Shown: piece after piece, positions 1 through 8,281 of the stretch
Numbering within the stretch: the stretch's first letter is position 1
Layout: each line of letters opens with the position of its first letter
Source: Candidatus Nomurabacteria bacterium
GTDB lineage: Bacteria > Patescibacteriota > Minisyncoccia > Phycocordibacterales > JACOZG01
Direction: 5' to 3'
Length of the DNA stretch: 64,000 bases
NCBI GenBank assembly: GCA_020847275.1
Contig: JADLCI010000007.1
Coordinates: forward strand, 27,814 to 91,813
The notes under the pieces: generated by a model
Told to the model about the DNA's origin: nothing
Seen by the model: the letters and a program-made list of their open reading frames with translations, nothing else
The model's database searches: none
Made by a program: the position numbers and the translations under genes

Positions 1-1159
1 TGGTGTTCCTGATCAAGCAAATCAGGGTTCTCCGCGGACTTATACTTTCTCTTGGGATACTGGGCAGCCGCCACTTCGTGGGGGAAATTATACTATTTAC
101 GTTTCAGCCACTGACCACTTCGGTAACACCGTTAATTCAGAGCCTTACTCCGTTACGGTAAAGATTACGGAAAACTCCATTAAATCGCTCAATTTTCTAA
201 CTCCACTGGAGGGCAACAATGTTCGGGGGACCGTGCCGGTTGTGGCGGCTTTGGTTGGTGCCGCCAATACGATTTCTATTAGGCTTGGTGATTTTACGGG
301 GCCAATCATAGGGGCCTTTACCGATGCCAATGGCTCGAATACGCCACCAAACGGAGTTGGATTGCCTAAGACGGGCTCTTCCGAGCGTTCGAAACAGCGT
401 TACTTCTCACTCAATTGGGATACCAAAAATGGGCCATTTGCTGTTCCAAATGGTCAGCGTTACTTGTCGCTAGAAGGGGTTCACACTTCAGGTCAGAGGT
501 TTTTGAGTCAGAGTATCTGGGTAAGAGTTGATAACCCTTCGGAGGGGACACCGCCGGTTAGTGGCTCTTCGGATGATCGTTTTGGTCCGGCCGTGAGAAT
601 TTGGGCTGAACCGTCAAGTTGGAATCCCGGTAGTCAGCAACTTATTTCTTTCAAAACATCGGTCCGCGATCCCGATGGGATCTCCCAGGTTAGTATCAAG
701 GTTGGCAATCTTCCTGCTGCTAATTGTCAGGGTTTCGGCCAGACGGAGTCTTCTTGTCAGGTTTCATCGGTTCGAGCCACGTCTGTGCCCGTTGGCACCA
801 CGGTGACCGTCACCGCTTGGGATAACTCGTCCGCCCGTCGACAAACAGTGTTCTCTACCGAGGTAAAGAATGGGTCGCTTGGTAGTCAATCCAGTGGTCG
901 CCAATCTTCCTCTTGCCAGTCTCAAACTTCTCAGGGACAGAGCTTGCTCCCCAAGAGTTTGTCTGGCGTTGATCGTTCAACCTTGGCAGAGATTTCAGAT
1001 CAAGGAAACTGTCTAGCTATTCTTAGTCCGGCCGAATCTCCCTCAAACATTTCTTTTCCCACCCTTGCGGCGCCAGCGTCTGCACCATCTTCTGTTCTCG
1101 ACATTGGTGGAATTATTTTCCAATTGATACTGAAGATATTAGGTCGGGGGTTGATTTAG
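1..1159 (+). CDS. Large secreted protein with Ig-like (bacterial Ig / cadherin-like) folds; 3' part only, its start lies upstream of the window
   Basis: The frame that holds ORF 233..1159 is open back to nt 2 with no stop. The translation shows repeated beta-sandwich motifs such as YTIYVSATDHFGNTVNSEPYSVTVKI. It is Ser/Thr/Gly-rich and has a C-terminal hydrophobic tail. Confidence 0.6.
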   Translation, partial: GVPDQANQGSPRTYTFSWDTGQPPLRGGNYTIYVSATDHFGNTVNSEPYSVTVKITENSIKSLNFLTPLEGNNVRGTVPVVAALVGAANTISIRLGDFTGPIIGAFTDANGSNTPPNGVGLPKTGSSERSKQRYFSLNWDTKNGPFAVPNGQRYLSLEGVHTSGQRFLSQSIWVRVDNPSEGTPPVSGSSDDRFGPAVRIWAEPSSWNPGSQQLISFKTSVRDPDGISQVSIKVGNLPAANCQGFGQTESSCQVSSVRATSVPVGTTVTVTAWDNSSARRQTVFSTEVKNGSLGSQSSGRQSSSCQSQTSQGQSLLPKSLSGVDRSTLAEISDQGNCLAILSPAESPSNISFPTLAAPASAPSSVLDIGGIIFQLILKILGRGLI

Positions 1160-1165
1160 AGCGGT

Positions 1166-1936
1166 TCATTGTGGAAATTCCATGGCCAGCTCATTGGAGT
1201 GGAAAAACTCATAGGCCAGACGCCCGAAGCTGTAATTATGACCACCAAGTTCTATCTCTGAACCACCAACTTGAGGGTTAATCTTTGGTTGAGAATTAGC
1301 GAAACCAATGTTAAAGAGGGTTGCTAGGATTTCTGGTTGATTTGAAATATCAAAGCCAGCCACTTGCCATTGAGCAATTATTTCCTTGACGTAAATGGCT
1401 GTGTAAAGGTAGGCAAAATAATGATTTTTCTCATCGGCAATTCTCGAGAAACGCTCTTGTCCATAATTTTCAGTGGCAAAGTCCAGCAGATGAGCATATT
1501 TTTCTCCGGGGAAAAAGGGCGAGCTTTTGTCTTGTAAATTTTTTTCAATTTGTTCAGCTGTTTCCGGTTTTAATCCAGCCACTCCCCAAGAAAATTGGGT
1601 TTGGTTGCCCAGAATTTTTAAGGGTAGAAAAACTTGTTTGAAGATTTCTCGCTCGTCGTTGAAGAGGCGCAATTGTTCCGGTATCACCATTGCCACGATT
1701 AGCCGTGGTGAGATGTCTGTTGCCATGGAAGCCTGTTCAATTGCCGATTTGTCTTTAATTAGAGCCACTTTTAGGGTTTGCCATTCTTCGGTATTTATCC
1801 AAATCGGCGATGGTCTGATCTCTAGCTCCACTTCGTCCACCAGGCCAGCTACATTTGTCCAGCCGAATTTCACCGCGAAGAAAACGGAAGCATAGAGAGC
1901 GATAATTGTTGTCACGATACTTATCCCCAGTTTCAT
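1166..1936 (-). CDS. Hypothetical protein with an N-terminal signal-anchor
   Basis: Long ORF 1166..2137. The likely start is the internal Met (MKLGISIVTTIIALYASVFF, nt 1936) that lies just before a TM helix. The ORF-track start at 2137 would overlap the divergent gene at 1988. I do not recognise the family. Confidence 0.5.
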   Translation of the reverse strand: MKLGISIVTTIIALYASVFFAVKFGWTNVAGLVDEVELEIRPSPIWINTEEWQTLKVALIKDKSAIEQASMATDISPRLIVAMVIPEQLRLFNDEREIFKQVFLPLKILGNQTQFSWGVAGLKPETAEQIEKNLQDKSSPFFPGEKYAHLLDFATENYGQERFSRIADEKNHYFAYLYTAIYVKEIIAQWQVAGFDISNQPEILATLFNIGFANSQPKINPQVGGSEIELGGHNYSFGRLAYEFFHSNELAMEFPQ

Positions 1937-1963
1937 GGTGGGTAGCATAACACAGACGCGCGT

Positions 1964-1973
1964 GGGGGGGGGG
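1964..1973. repeat. G10 homopolymeric tract in the divergent promoter region, directly abutting a TATAAT box
   Basis: Ten consecutive G at 1964-1973 are followed by TATAAT at 1974-1979, and the ATG of the PKD protein gene is at 1988. Confidence 0.8.
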
Positions 1974-1979
1974 TATAAT
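1974..1979 (+). promoter_or_regulatory. Candidate -10 box (TATAAT) 8 nt upstream of the start codon; implies a leaderless or near-leaderless transcript
   Basis: Perfect TATAAT at 1974-1979, ATG at 1988. No Shine-Dalgarno sequence would fit between them. Confidence 0.45.
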
Positions 1980-1987
1980 AGTGGTAT

Positions 1988-3646
1988 ATGAAAAAATATA
2001 AATTTCTGGCCAGCCTTGTATTGGCCACGGTCCTTCTTTTCAGTGGTACCCTGGCTCAAGCTCAAGCGATTCCAGCCAATAATATCTGTAGCATTATCGT
2101 TCTTCTCGGCCAGCTGAATGTCATCACACCGCAACAAATCATCACGCTCAATAATGCGCTTGGTTGCGGTAACACTCCTCAGCCACCTGGTCTTCCTCCC
2201 GGCTGTACCAGCACTAGTGGCTTCAGTCCCACGACGGGTCAGTCTTGTGGAGGTGGGTCTACTCCTGATTTAGCCTCTTTTAGTATTGTTTCACCAAATC
2301 GTGACACCATCTGGCGGAATGATACTGCCGGAGAATGGCTAACAATTAAGTGGAAATATGCTCCTGGAAGCATTGACGGATCTGCTCGAGTTCGTGTTGA
2401 TTTAGTGGGAACACGATACGGTCTCGCAAGTGGTCAGAGGGTAGATGAGGGGCAAGTGAGAATTAATATTTCTCCCGATATCCAGCCAGGCAGGTATCAG
2501 ATCAAAATCTCTGACTTCGATAACGGAAAGATTTTTGCTTACAGTGACTACTTTACTGTCACCTCTGGCGGAACGACGGGTAACCGGCCACCAGTAGTCT
2601 CTGGTGTTTCTGGGCCGACAGTCTTGCGGGTGGGGGAGACGGGCACTTGGAGTGTCCGTGCTAGCGATCCGGAGAATCAGTCCTTGAGCTACAGTGTTTT
2701 ATGGGGTGATGAGAATCTGCTTGCCTATAGCGTGGCTGGACCAAGAACAGTTTCGCAGTCAGCTACCTTCACTCACAGTTATGCAACTCCGGGTAACTAC
2801 TCCCCAAATTTCACTGTCACCGACTCTTTCGGCCAATCAGCCAGAACGAGTTTGAGTGTCCAGGTGGGTGGTGGTAATACCCCAATTCCAGCTCCGACGG
2901 TTCTCCTAAATGTAAATGGTCATGTCGCCACTGGCTACGATAGTCCGAGTGTGAATATTGGTAGCATTTCAACCGCCGTGATTAACTGGTCGAGTACTCC
3001 AAATGCCACCAGGTGCAATACTTACGGACAGGGTTCTCTTCGTCTTACTGATGGAACGATGTGGGATTTTTACAACCTGCCAGTCTCTGGTTCACGAACA
3101 TTCCAAACTTCTGGTCAGATTGATGGCTTGGGCAATACGATAACCGCCGCAACTATAGGTATACAGTGCTGGAGTAACGACTTTGCCAGCAGCGACAGTA
3201 AAGGACTCGTGGTCTCTTGGTCTGGCGGCTCGACCCCACCACCTCCGCCACTACCAACCCCACAATCTTCTACCATTTCTGTTGAGAGACCTCGTTCGGG
3301 CGATAATTGGCGCTTGGGTGAGAATAGGGAGATTACTTGGGAAGATAGCGGTTCAACCGGATTCAACTACAAAGTTTATGTTCGTGGAGACAGTCCCGCC
3401 TCCGCTTACCAACTGATTGGTCAAACAGCAACGAATAAATTACGCTGGACAGTTGGTCCTGGCGGACAATTTCCGGTTGGATCTTATAGGGTGGAGGTTA
3501 TAAAAGATGATGGTTTGGGTTACAACAAGAATCTCAGTGGCCAATTCACCATCTCTTCTGGCGGTCATGCTTCAATCTACAATGAAGGCCAGATGGCAAA
3601 CATTTCTTCATCCATTCGTTCGTTACTTCAACTTTTTGGACGGTAG
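1988..3646 (+). CDS. Secreted protein with PKD domain(s) and Ig-like domains
   Basis: Signal peptide MKKYKFLASLVLATVLLFSGTLAQAQA. PKD signature WGDEN...FTHSYATPGNYSPNFTVTDSFGQSA. Ig-like repeats and a proline-rich linker PPPPLPTP. Confidence 0.75.
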   Translation: MKKYKFLASLVLATVLLFSGTLAQAQAIPANNICSIIVLLGQLNVITPQQIITLNNALGCGNTPQPPGLPPGCTSTSGFSPTTGQSCGGGSTPDLASFSIVSPNRDTIWRNDTAGEWLTIKWKYAPGSIDGSARVRVDLVGTRYGLASGQRVDEGQVRINISPDIQPGRYQIKISDFDNGKIFAYSDYFTVTSGGTTGNRPPVVSGVSGPTVLRVGETGTWSVRASDPENQSLSYSVLWGDENLLAYSVAGPRTVSQSATFTHSYATPGNYSPNFTVTDSFGQSARTSLSVQVGGGNTPIPAPTVLLNVNGHVATGYDSPSVNIGSISTAVINWSSTPNATRCNTYGQGSLRLTDGTMWDFYNLPVSGSRTFQTSGQIDGLGNTITAATIGIQCWSNDFASSDSKGLVVSWSGGSTPPPPPLPTPQSSTISVERPRSGDNWRLGENREITWEDSGSTGFNYKVYVRGDSPASAYQLIGQTATNKLRWTVGPGGQFPVGSYRVEVIKDDGLGYNKNLSGQFTISSGGHASIYNEGQMANISSSIRSLLQLFGR

Positions 3647-3652
3647 AATCTG

Positions 3653-3661
3653 TGTTATAAT
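3653..3661 (+). promoter_or_regulatory. Extended -10 promoter (TGnTATAAT) 8 nt upstream of the ATG of the TraD-like gene; leaderless architecture
   Basis: TGTTATAAT spans 3653-3661 and the ATG is at 3670. The spacing is identical to the 1974/1988 case. Confidence 0.45.
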
Positions 3662-3669
3662 CTGGCAAT

Positions 3670-5307
3670 ATGGCGGAAATGCCGATTGTCAAAGATAGAA
3701 CTTACTTTGCCGAAACTGATTTCCGAGGCAAGCGAACGAAGTTTGGCATTAAGTTTGAAGACCGTGCTCGGCATGTCTATGTGATTGGAAAGACAGGCAT
3801 GGGAAAAAGTACCATGCTGGAGAATATGGCCGTCCAAGATATCGCCGATGGGCACGGTATGGCTTTCATCGACCCGCACGGTAGTACGGCCGAGAAGTTA
3901 TTGGAATATGTGCCAGAGCATCGCATTAAGGATGTGATCTATTTTGCACCGTTCGATTTAGAGAATCCGATTTCTTTCAATGTTATGGAGGACGTGGGGG
4001 CCGACCAACGACACTTGGTGGTGAATGGTTTGATGAGCGCGTTTAAGAAACTCTGGGTAGATGCCTGGAGTGCGCGCATGGAATATATTCTAACCAACAC
4101 CTTGCTTGCCTTACTTGAGTATCCCAACTCCACCCTGCTTGGAGTGAATCGGATGCTTGCCGACAAGGTTTATCGCCAGAAAGTGGTGGATAATATCAAG
4201 GATCCCACCGTCCGTTCTTTCTGGGTTGATGAATTTGCCAAGTACACAGAGCGTTTCGCGGCCGAAGCCACGCCGGCGATTCAGAATAAAATCGGGCAAT
4301 TTACGGGGAATCCGCTGATTCGCAATATCATTGGGCAAACAAAATCGTCTTTCAGTTTTCGTCAAGCAATGGACGAACGAAAAATTTTAATCATCAATCT
4401 ATCCAAAGGCAGAATGGGCGAGGGGAATGCCAATCTACTTGGCTCAATGATTATCACTAAGATTTATCTAGCGGCGATGAGCCGAGCCAACTTGTCGCCA
4501 GCCGAGATGCGCTTGGTGCCCCCGTTCTATTTCTATGTCGATGAATTTCAATCCTTTGCCAACGAATCCTTTGCCAACATTCTTTCTGAGGCAAGGAAAT
4601 ATAAATTATCTCTGACAATCGCCCATCAGTATGTAGAGCAGATGTCGGAAGAGGTACAGGCGGCCGTTTTTGGTAACGTTGGGACGACGGTGGCTTTCCG
4701 GGTTGGTCCGCTTGATGCCGAAATTTTCGAGAAGATTTTTGCTCCCACTTTTAGTATGGAGGATATGGTTAATCTCGGCTTCGCTCAGATCTATTTAACG
4801 ATGATGATCGACGGGGTGGGCTCCCAACCATTTTCGGCGATTACTTTACCACCGATCACACCTCTAGCACGTTCCTATCACGATGAAATTATTTCTTGGA
4901 CACGAAAAACCTATGCGCGGCCTCGGGACATGGTTGAGAAGGACATCGGTAATTGGCATGCGACGCCATCTACGCCAAAGACGTTTGTTCCACCTCTTCC
5001 GCCGAGAACGGCTCAAGTTTCACGACCAAATCCACCAGTTTCTCGAGTGGACGCAGTGACGCCAAAAAAATTTATTGAACCGGAGAAGGTTGTTTCCCTC
5101 AAATCGCTTGAGCAGAAGGTGGAGACAAGAGAGAAGAGTACTGGGCGACACAGTGCTGATTTACGTGATGTGATTGCATCGGTTCAGAAGGAAGTTGCCG
5201 GGGGTCAAGCAAAAACCTTAGAAGAAAAAGCGCCAGAGAAGACAGCTGAAAAAAGACCAAGAAACGAAATTCCCGAAAATGAACTGAAGAAGATGTTGGA
5301 AGTATGA
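3670..5307 (+). CDS. P-loop ATPase of the type IV secretion coupling-protein superfamily (TraD/TraG/VirD4-like, DUF87/HerA-like), stand-alone
   Basis: Walker A motif VIGKTGMGKST. The overall layout matches the T4SS DNA-transfer family proteins that are common as orphans in CPR genomes. The C-terminal tail is charged and low-complexity. Confidence 0.6.
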   Translation: MAEMPIVKDRTYFAETDFRGKRTKFGIKFEDRARHVYVIGKTGMGKSTMLENMAVQDIADGHGMAFIDPHGSTAEKLLEYVPEHRIKDVIYFAPFDLENPISFNVMEDVGADQRHLVVNGLMSAFKKLWVDAWSARMEYILTNTLLALLEYPNSTLLGVNRMLADKVYRQKVVDNIKDPTVRSFWVDEFAKYTERFAAEATPAIQNKIGQFTGNPLIRNIIGQTKSSFSFRQAMDERKILIINLSKGRMGEGNANLLGSMIITKIYLAAMSRANLSPAEMRLVPPFYFYVDEFQSFANESFANILSEARKYKLSLTIAHQYVEQMSEEVQAAVFGNVGTTVAFRVGPLDAEIFEKIFAPTFSMEDMVNLGFAQIYLTMMIDGVGSQPFSAITLPPITPLARSYHDEIISWTRKTYARPRDMVEKDIGNWHATPSTPKTFVPPLPPRTAQVSRPNPPVSRVDAVTPKKFIEPEKVVSLKSLEQKVETREKSTGRHSADLRDVIASVQKEVAGGQAKTLEEKAPEKTAEKRPRNEIPENELKKMLEV

Positions 5308-6350
5308 ATCGTCCACGAGTCCTCATTTTTTCACTAGCTTATTTCCCCTTTGTCGGTGGGGCGGAGGTTGCGGTCAAGGAATTAACTGATCGTTTGGGTG
5401 GATATTTTGAATTCGAGATAATTTCAGCTGATATCAAAAACTTCTGGTCAAAATATTTTTTCCCTTTCTGGGCTTCTCGGCAGGCTAAGCGGCAACACAG
5501 GCTAAGAAAATACGATTTAGTCTGGTCGATCATGGCGAATCAGGCAGGGATGGCCGGTGCTTTGTTCAAAAAGTATCATCCGGGGATCCCTTTTCTGCTT
5601 ACCCTCCAAGAGGGGGATGATTTGGACAGTTTTTTTTACCGTCTGCGTTTGCTTGCCCCTAGGTTGTTTGGGGTTTTTGCTCGCCCAGACCAGATTCAGG
5701 TGATTTCAAACTATCTAGCAGGTTGGGCAAAGAAAATGGGTGCCCGTTGTCCCATTGTGGTTATTCCAAATGGAGTTGATCTGAGCAAGTTTGGAAATCG
5801 AGAGGGTAATCTTGAGAAAGTGATTATTACAACATCACGGTTGGTGAAGAAAAACGGAATAGATTCTTTGGTCCGCTCACTCGCTTTTTTACCAGACGAT
5901 GTTAAACTGCAAATCCTTGGCCTTGGGCCAGAGGAGAAAGCGTTGAGGCGCCTGGTTACCAGTCTTCAACTGTCCGCCAGAGTCTCATTTTTGGGCCAGA
6001 TTGAGAGTAAGAACGTGGGTCAATACTTATCTCATGCCACTGTTTTTGCGCGTCCTTCGCGCTCGGAGGGGCTGGGGAACTCCTTTCTTGAGGCGATGGC
6101 GGCTGGATTGCCTGTTATTGCCACACCGGTTGGTGGAATCACTGATTTTTTGAGAGAAGGGGAGACAGGCTGGTTTTGCGAGGTCAACAACCCAAGATCC
6201 ATTTCTGAAAAGGTGAAATTCATTTTAGCGCCAGAGAATCAAGAACAAGTTACTCGGATAGTTAGCAATGCGCGGAAAATGGTTTATGAAAATTACGATT
6301 GGAATAAATTAGCGGAGAGATTTACTGGCTTATTGAAACAAATGTTATGA
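5304..6350 (+). CDS. Glycosyltransferase family 4 (GT-B)
   Basis: C-terminal GT4 signature EGLGNSFLEAMAAGLPVIATPVGGITDFL...GETGWF. The ATGA overlaps the upstream stop. Confidence 0.8.
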   Translation: MNRPRVLIFSLAYFPFVGGAEVAVKELTDRLGGYFEFEIISADIKNFWSKYFFPFWASRQAKRQHRLRKYDLVWSIMANQAGMAGALFKKYHPGIPFLLTLQEGDDLDSFFYRLRLLAPRLFGVFARPDQIQVISNYLAGWAKKMGARCPIVVIPNGVDLSKFGNREGNLEKVIITTSRLVKKNGIDSLVRSLAFLPDDVKLQILGLGPEEKALRRLVTSLQLSARVSFLGQIESKNVGQYLSHATVFARPSRSEGLGNSFLEAMAAGLPVIATPVGGITDFLREGETGWFCEVNNPRSISEKVKFILAPENQEQVTRIVSNARKMVYENYDWNKLAERFTGLLKQML

Positions 6351-6889
6351 GAATAGTAATCGCTACGGGAATTTATCCGCCCCAGATTGGAGGACCAGCG
6401 CAATATGCGAAAAATTTGGCCGAAGAGTTCATCAAAAAGGGACACAGGGTTAAAATTTTGACTTACCGGCTGGAGAAGCACTTACCTTCTGGAGTTAGAC
6501 ATTTTTATTTTTTTGCCAAGTTGATATTTGCCCTCTGGCGAGTTGATTTTATTTTAGCGCTAGATACTTTTTCCGTTGGGTTGCCAGCCGTTTTGGCGGC
6601 TAGATTGGTTGGTAAAAAGATAATGATTAGGACAGGCGGGGATTTTCTTTGGGAAGGTTACGTGGAACGGACTGGTCATTTGGTTTTATTGCGGGAGTTT
6701 TATGAGAATGTTCGGGGAGGGTCAGTCAGGCTAAATTTCAAAGAGAAGGCTATTTTTGGTTTGACAAAATGGGTAATACATAAAGCTCAAATGATAGTGT
6801 TTAGTACCGAATGGCAAAGGGATATTTGGTCTAAACCGTATCAGTTGAGCCGACAGAAGACGAAAATTATTGAAAATTATTATGGCTAA
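6347..6889 (+). CDS. GT4 glycosyltransferase, N-terminal (acceptor) Rossmann half only; split gene
   Basis: MRIVIATGIYPPQIGGPAQYAKNLAEEF is a typical GT4 N-terminus. The ORF ends after 180 aa, where the next ORF continues the same protein family. Confidence 0.55.
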   Translation: MRIVIATGIYPPQIGGPAQYAKNLAEEFIKKGHRVKILTYRLEKHLPSGVRHFYFFAKLIFALWRVDFILALDTFSVGLPAVLAARLVGKKIMIRTGGDFLWEGYVERTGHLVLLREFYENVRGGSVRLNFKEKAIFGLTKWVIHKAQMIVFSTEWQRDIWSKPYQLSRQKTKIIENYYG

Positions 6890-7331
6890 AATATTCATTG
6901 CTGGTACTAGGAAATTAAAATGGAAAAATTTATCTCTACTTGAGCGCGCTTTCGCTTTGGCCCAGAAGGCTCAACCAGAGCTTGTTCTTGATCTTAATAA
7001 CTGGCCTTACGAAGAATTTTTACAGAAAATAGCAGAGGCCTATGCCGTGATTCTTGTCTCACTCGGAGATATTAGTCCTAATTTGGTTTTGGATGCATTA
7101 CGTTTAGGGAAACCGGTTATTTTGACCACAGAAACAGGATTACGGCAGAGGTTGGGGGAGTCAGTAATTTGGGTGAATCCAGAAGACGAGAAAGATATTT
7201 CACAAAAGATCATCTGGTTGTCCGATCCCGAGAATTATCAACACTCTTGCCAACGCGCAAAGATGTTTGATTTGAAGCATTCGTGGTCGGACATTGCCGA
7301 TGAATTTTTAGACCTAGCTAAAGGTTTATGA
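6882..7331 (+). CDS. GT4 glycosyltransferase, C-terminal (donor) half only; split gene, possibly an authentic frameshift or pseudogene
   Basis: KPVILTTETGLRQRLGESVIWVNP is a GT4 C-terminal motif. The ATG at 6882 overlaps the upstream TAA (6887-6889) by 8 nt. The track start is a TTG at 6870. Confidence 0.5.
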   Translation: MAKIFIAGTRKLKWKNLSLLERAFALAQKAQPELVLDLNNWPYEEFLQKIAEAYAVILVSLGDISPNLVLDALRLGKPVILTTETGLRQRLGESVIWVNPEDEKDISQKIIWLSDPENYQHSCQRAKMFDLKHSWSDIADEFLDLAKGL

Positions 7332-8281
7332 AGGTTTTAATGATTTCCACTGATTCAAAAATTTTCGAACCCCTGAGCGAGGTTCGGTTACGGATGATTA
7401 GTCAGGCCGAAAGTTTTGGCAAGCTCACAATTGCGATTATCGGCAAGAAAAGTTTTTTACCACAAGTAATTAACGACAAGCTGACGGTGTTTTCTCTCGG
7501 ACGTCTGGAGTCTTTTTTCTGGTGCCCGATGAGGGATTATGAACTAGTTACGAGTCAAAACCCCTTCGAGCACGGCTTAATTGGCTGGCTGTGGGCCGGG
7601 AAAATAAATGCCAAATTACAGCTTCAGATTCATACAGATTTTCTCAATCCTTATTTTGCCCAGGAGTCTCTTCTGAACAAAATACGGTTGCGACTAGCAA
7701 AGTTTTTATTGCCACGGGCTGACAGCGTTCGAGTTGTTAGCCAGCGAATTGCTGATTCGCTTGTTGGCGCAGGAATCAGATTAAGACAGAAACCGGTGGT
7801 TCAGCCAGTCAAGATTGATCTCGAAAAAATCAAAAATGAACCGATAAAAATAGATTTACATGACAGATATTCGCAGTTTAAGAAAATAGTTTTAATGGCA
7901 TCTCGTCTGACACGAGAAAAAAATATTGACCTAGCCATTCGGGCGATGAATTCGATTATTAAATCAAGGCCTGGCACCGGTCTGGTCATTGTTGGTTCTG
8001 GACCGGAAGAGGGGAGACTAAAACAACTGGTGAAACAACTGAAGCTAGAAAAAAATGTTTTTTTTGAGTCGTGGACCAACAATCTATCGTCTTTTTATAA
8101 AACAGCCGACCTGTTTCTTTTGACTTCATTTTATGAGGGATATGGAAGGACAATTGTGGAAGCAATGGCTTGTGGTTGTGTTGTTGTTTCGACCGACGTT
8201 GGAGTGGCGAGGGAAGTGGGGGCGATTATCTCTGGGGACAACATTACTGACTTGGTGGAGACACTGGAAAAAATATTATGA
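7328..8281 (+). CDS. Glycosyltransferase family 4
   Basis: LTSFYEGYGRTIVEAMACGCVVVSTDVGVAREV is an E-x7-E-type GT4 motif. Confidence 0.8.
   Translation: MKVLMISTDSKIFEPLSEVRLRMISQAESFGKLTIAIIGKKSFLPQVINDKLTVFSLGRLESFFWCPMRDYELVTSQNPFEHGLIGWLWAGKINAKLQLQIHTDFLNPYFAQESLLNKIRLRLAKFLLPRADSVRVVSQRIADSLVGAGIRLRQKPVVQPVKIDLEKIKNEPIKIDLHDRYSQFKKIVLMASRLTREKNIDLAIRAMNSIIKSRPGTGLVIVGSGPEEGRLKQLVKQLKLEKNVFFESWTNNLSSFYKTADLFLLTSFYEGYGRTIVEAMACGCVVVSTDVGVAREVGAIISGDNITDLVETLEKIL

Noticed and set aside
145-330. Short - strand ORFs inside the large + strand genes (e.g. 145..330, 3115..3366, 16609..16962, 25549..25860, 33446..34004, 59172..59375)
   Set aside because: They are embedded antisense or out of frame within well-supported long ORFs of recognisable function. 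There is no independent signal.
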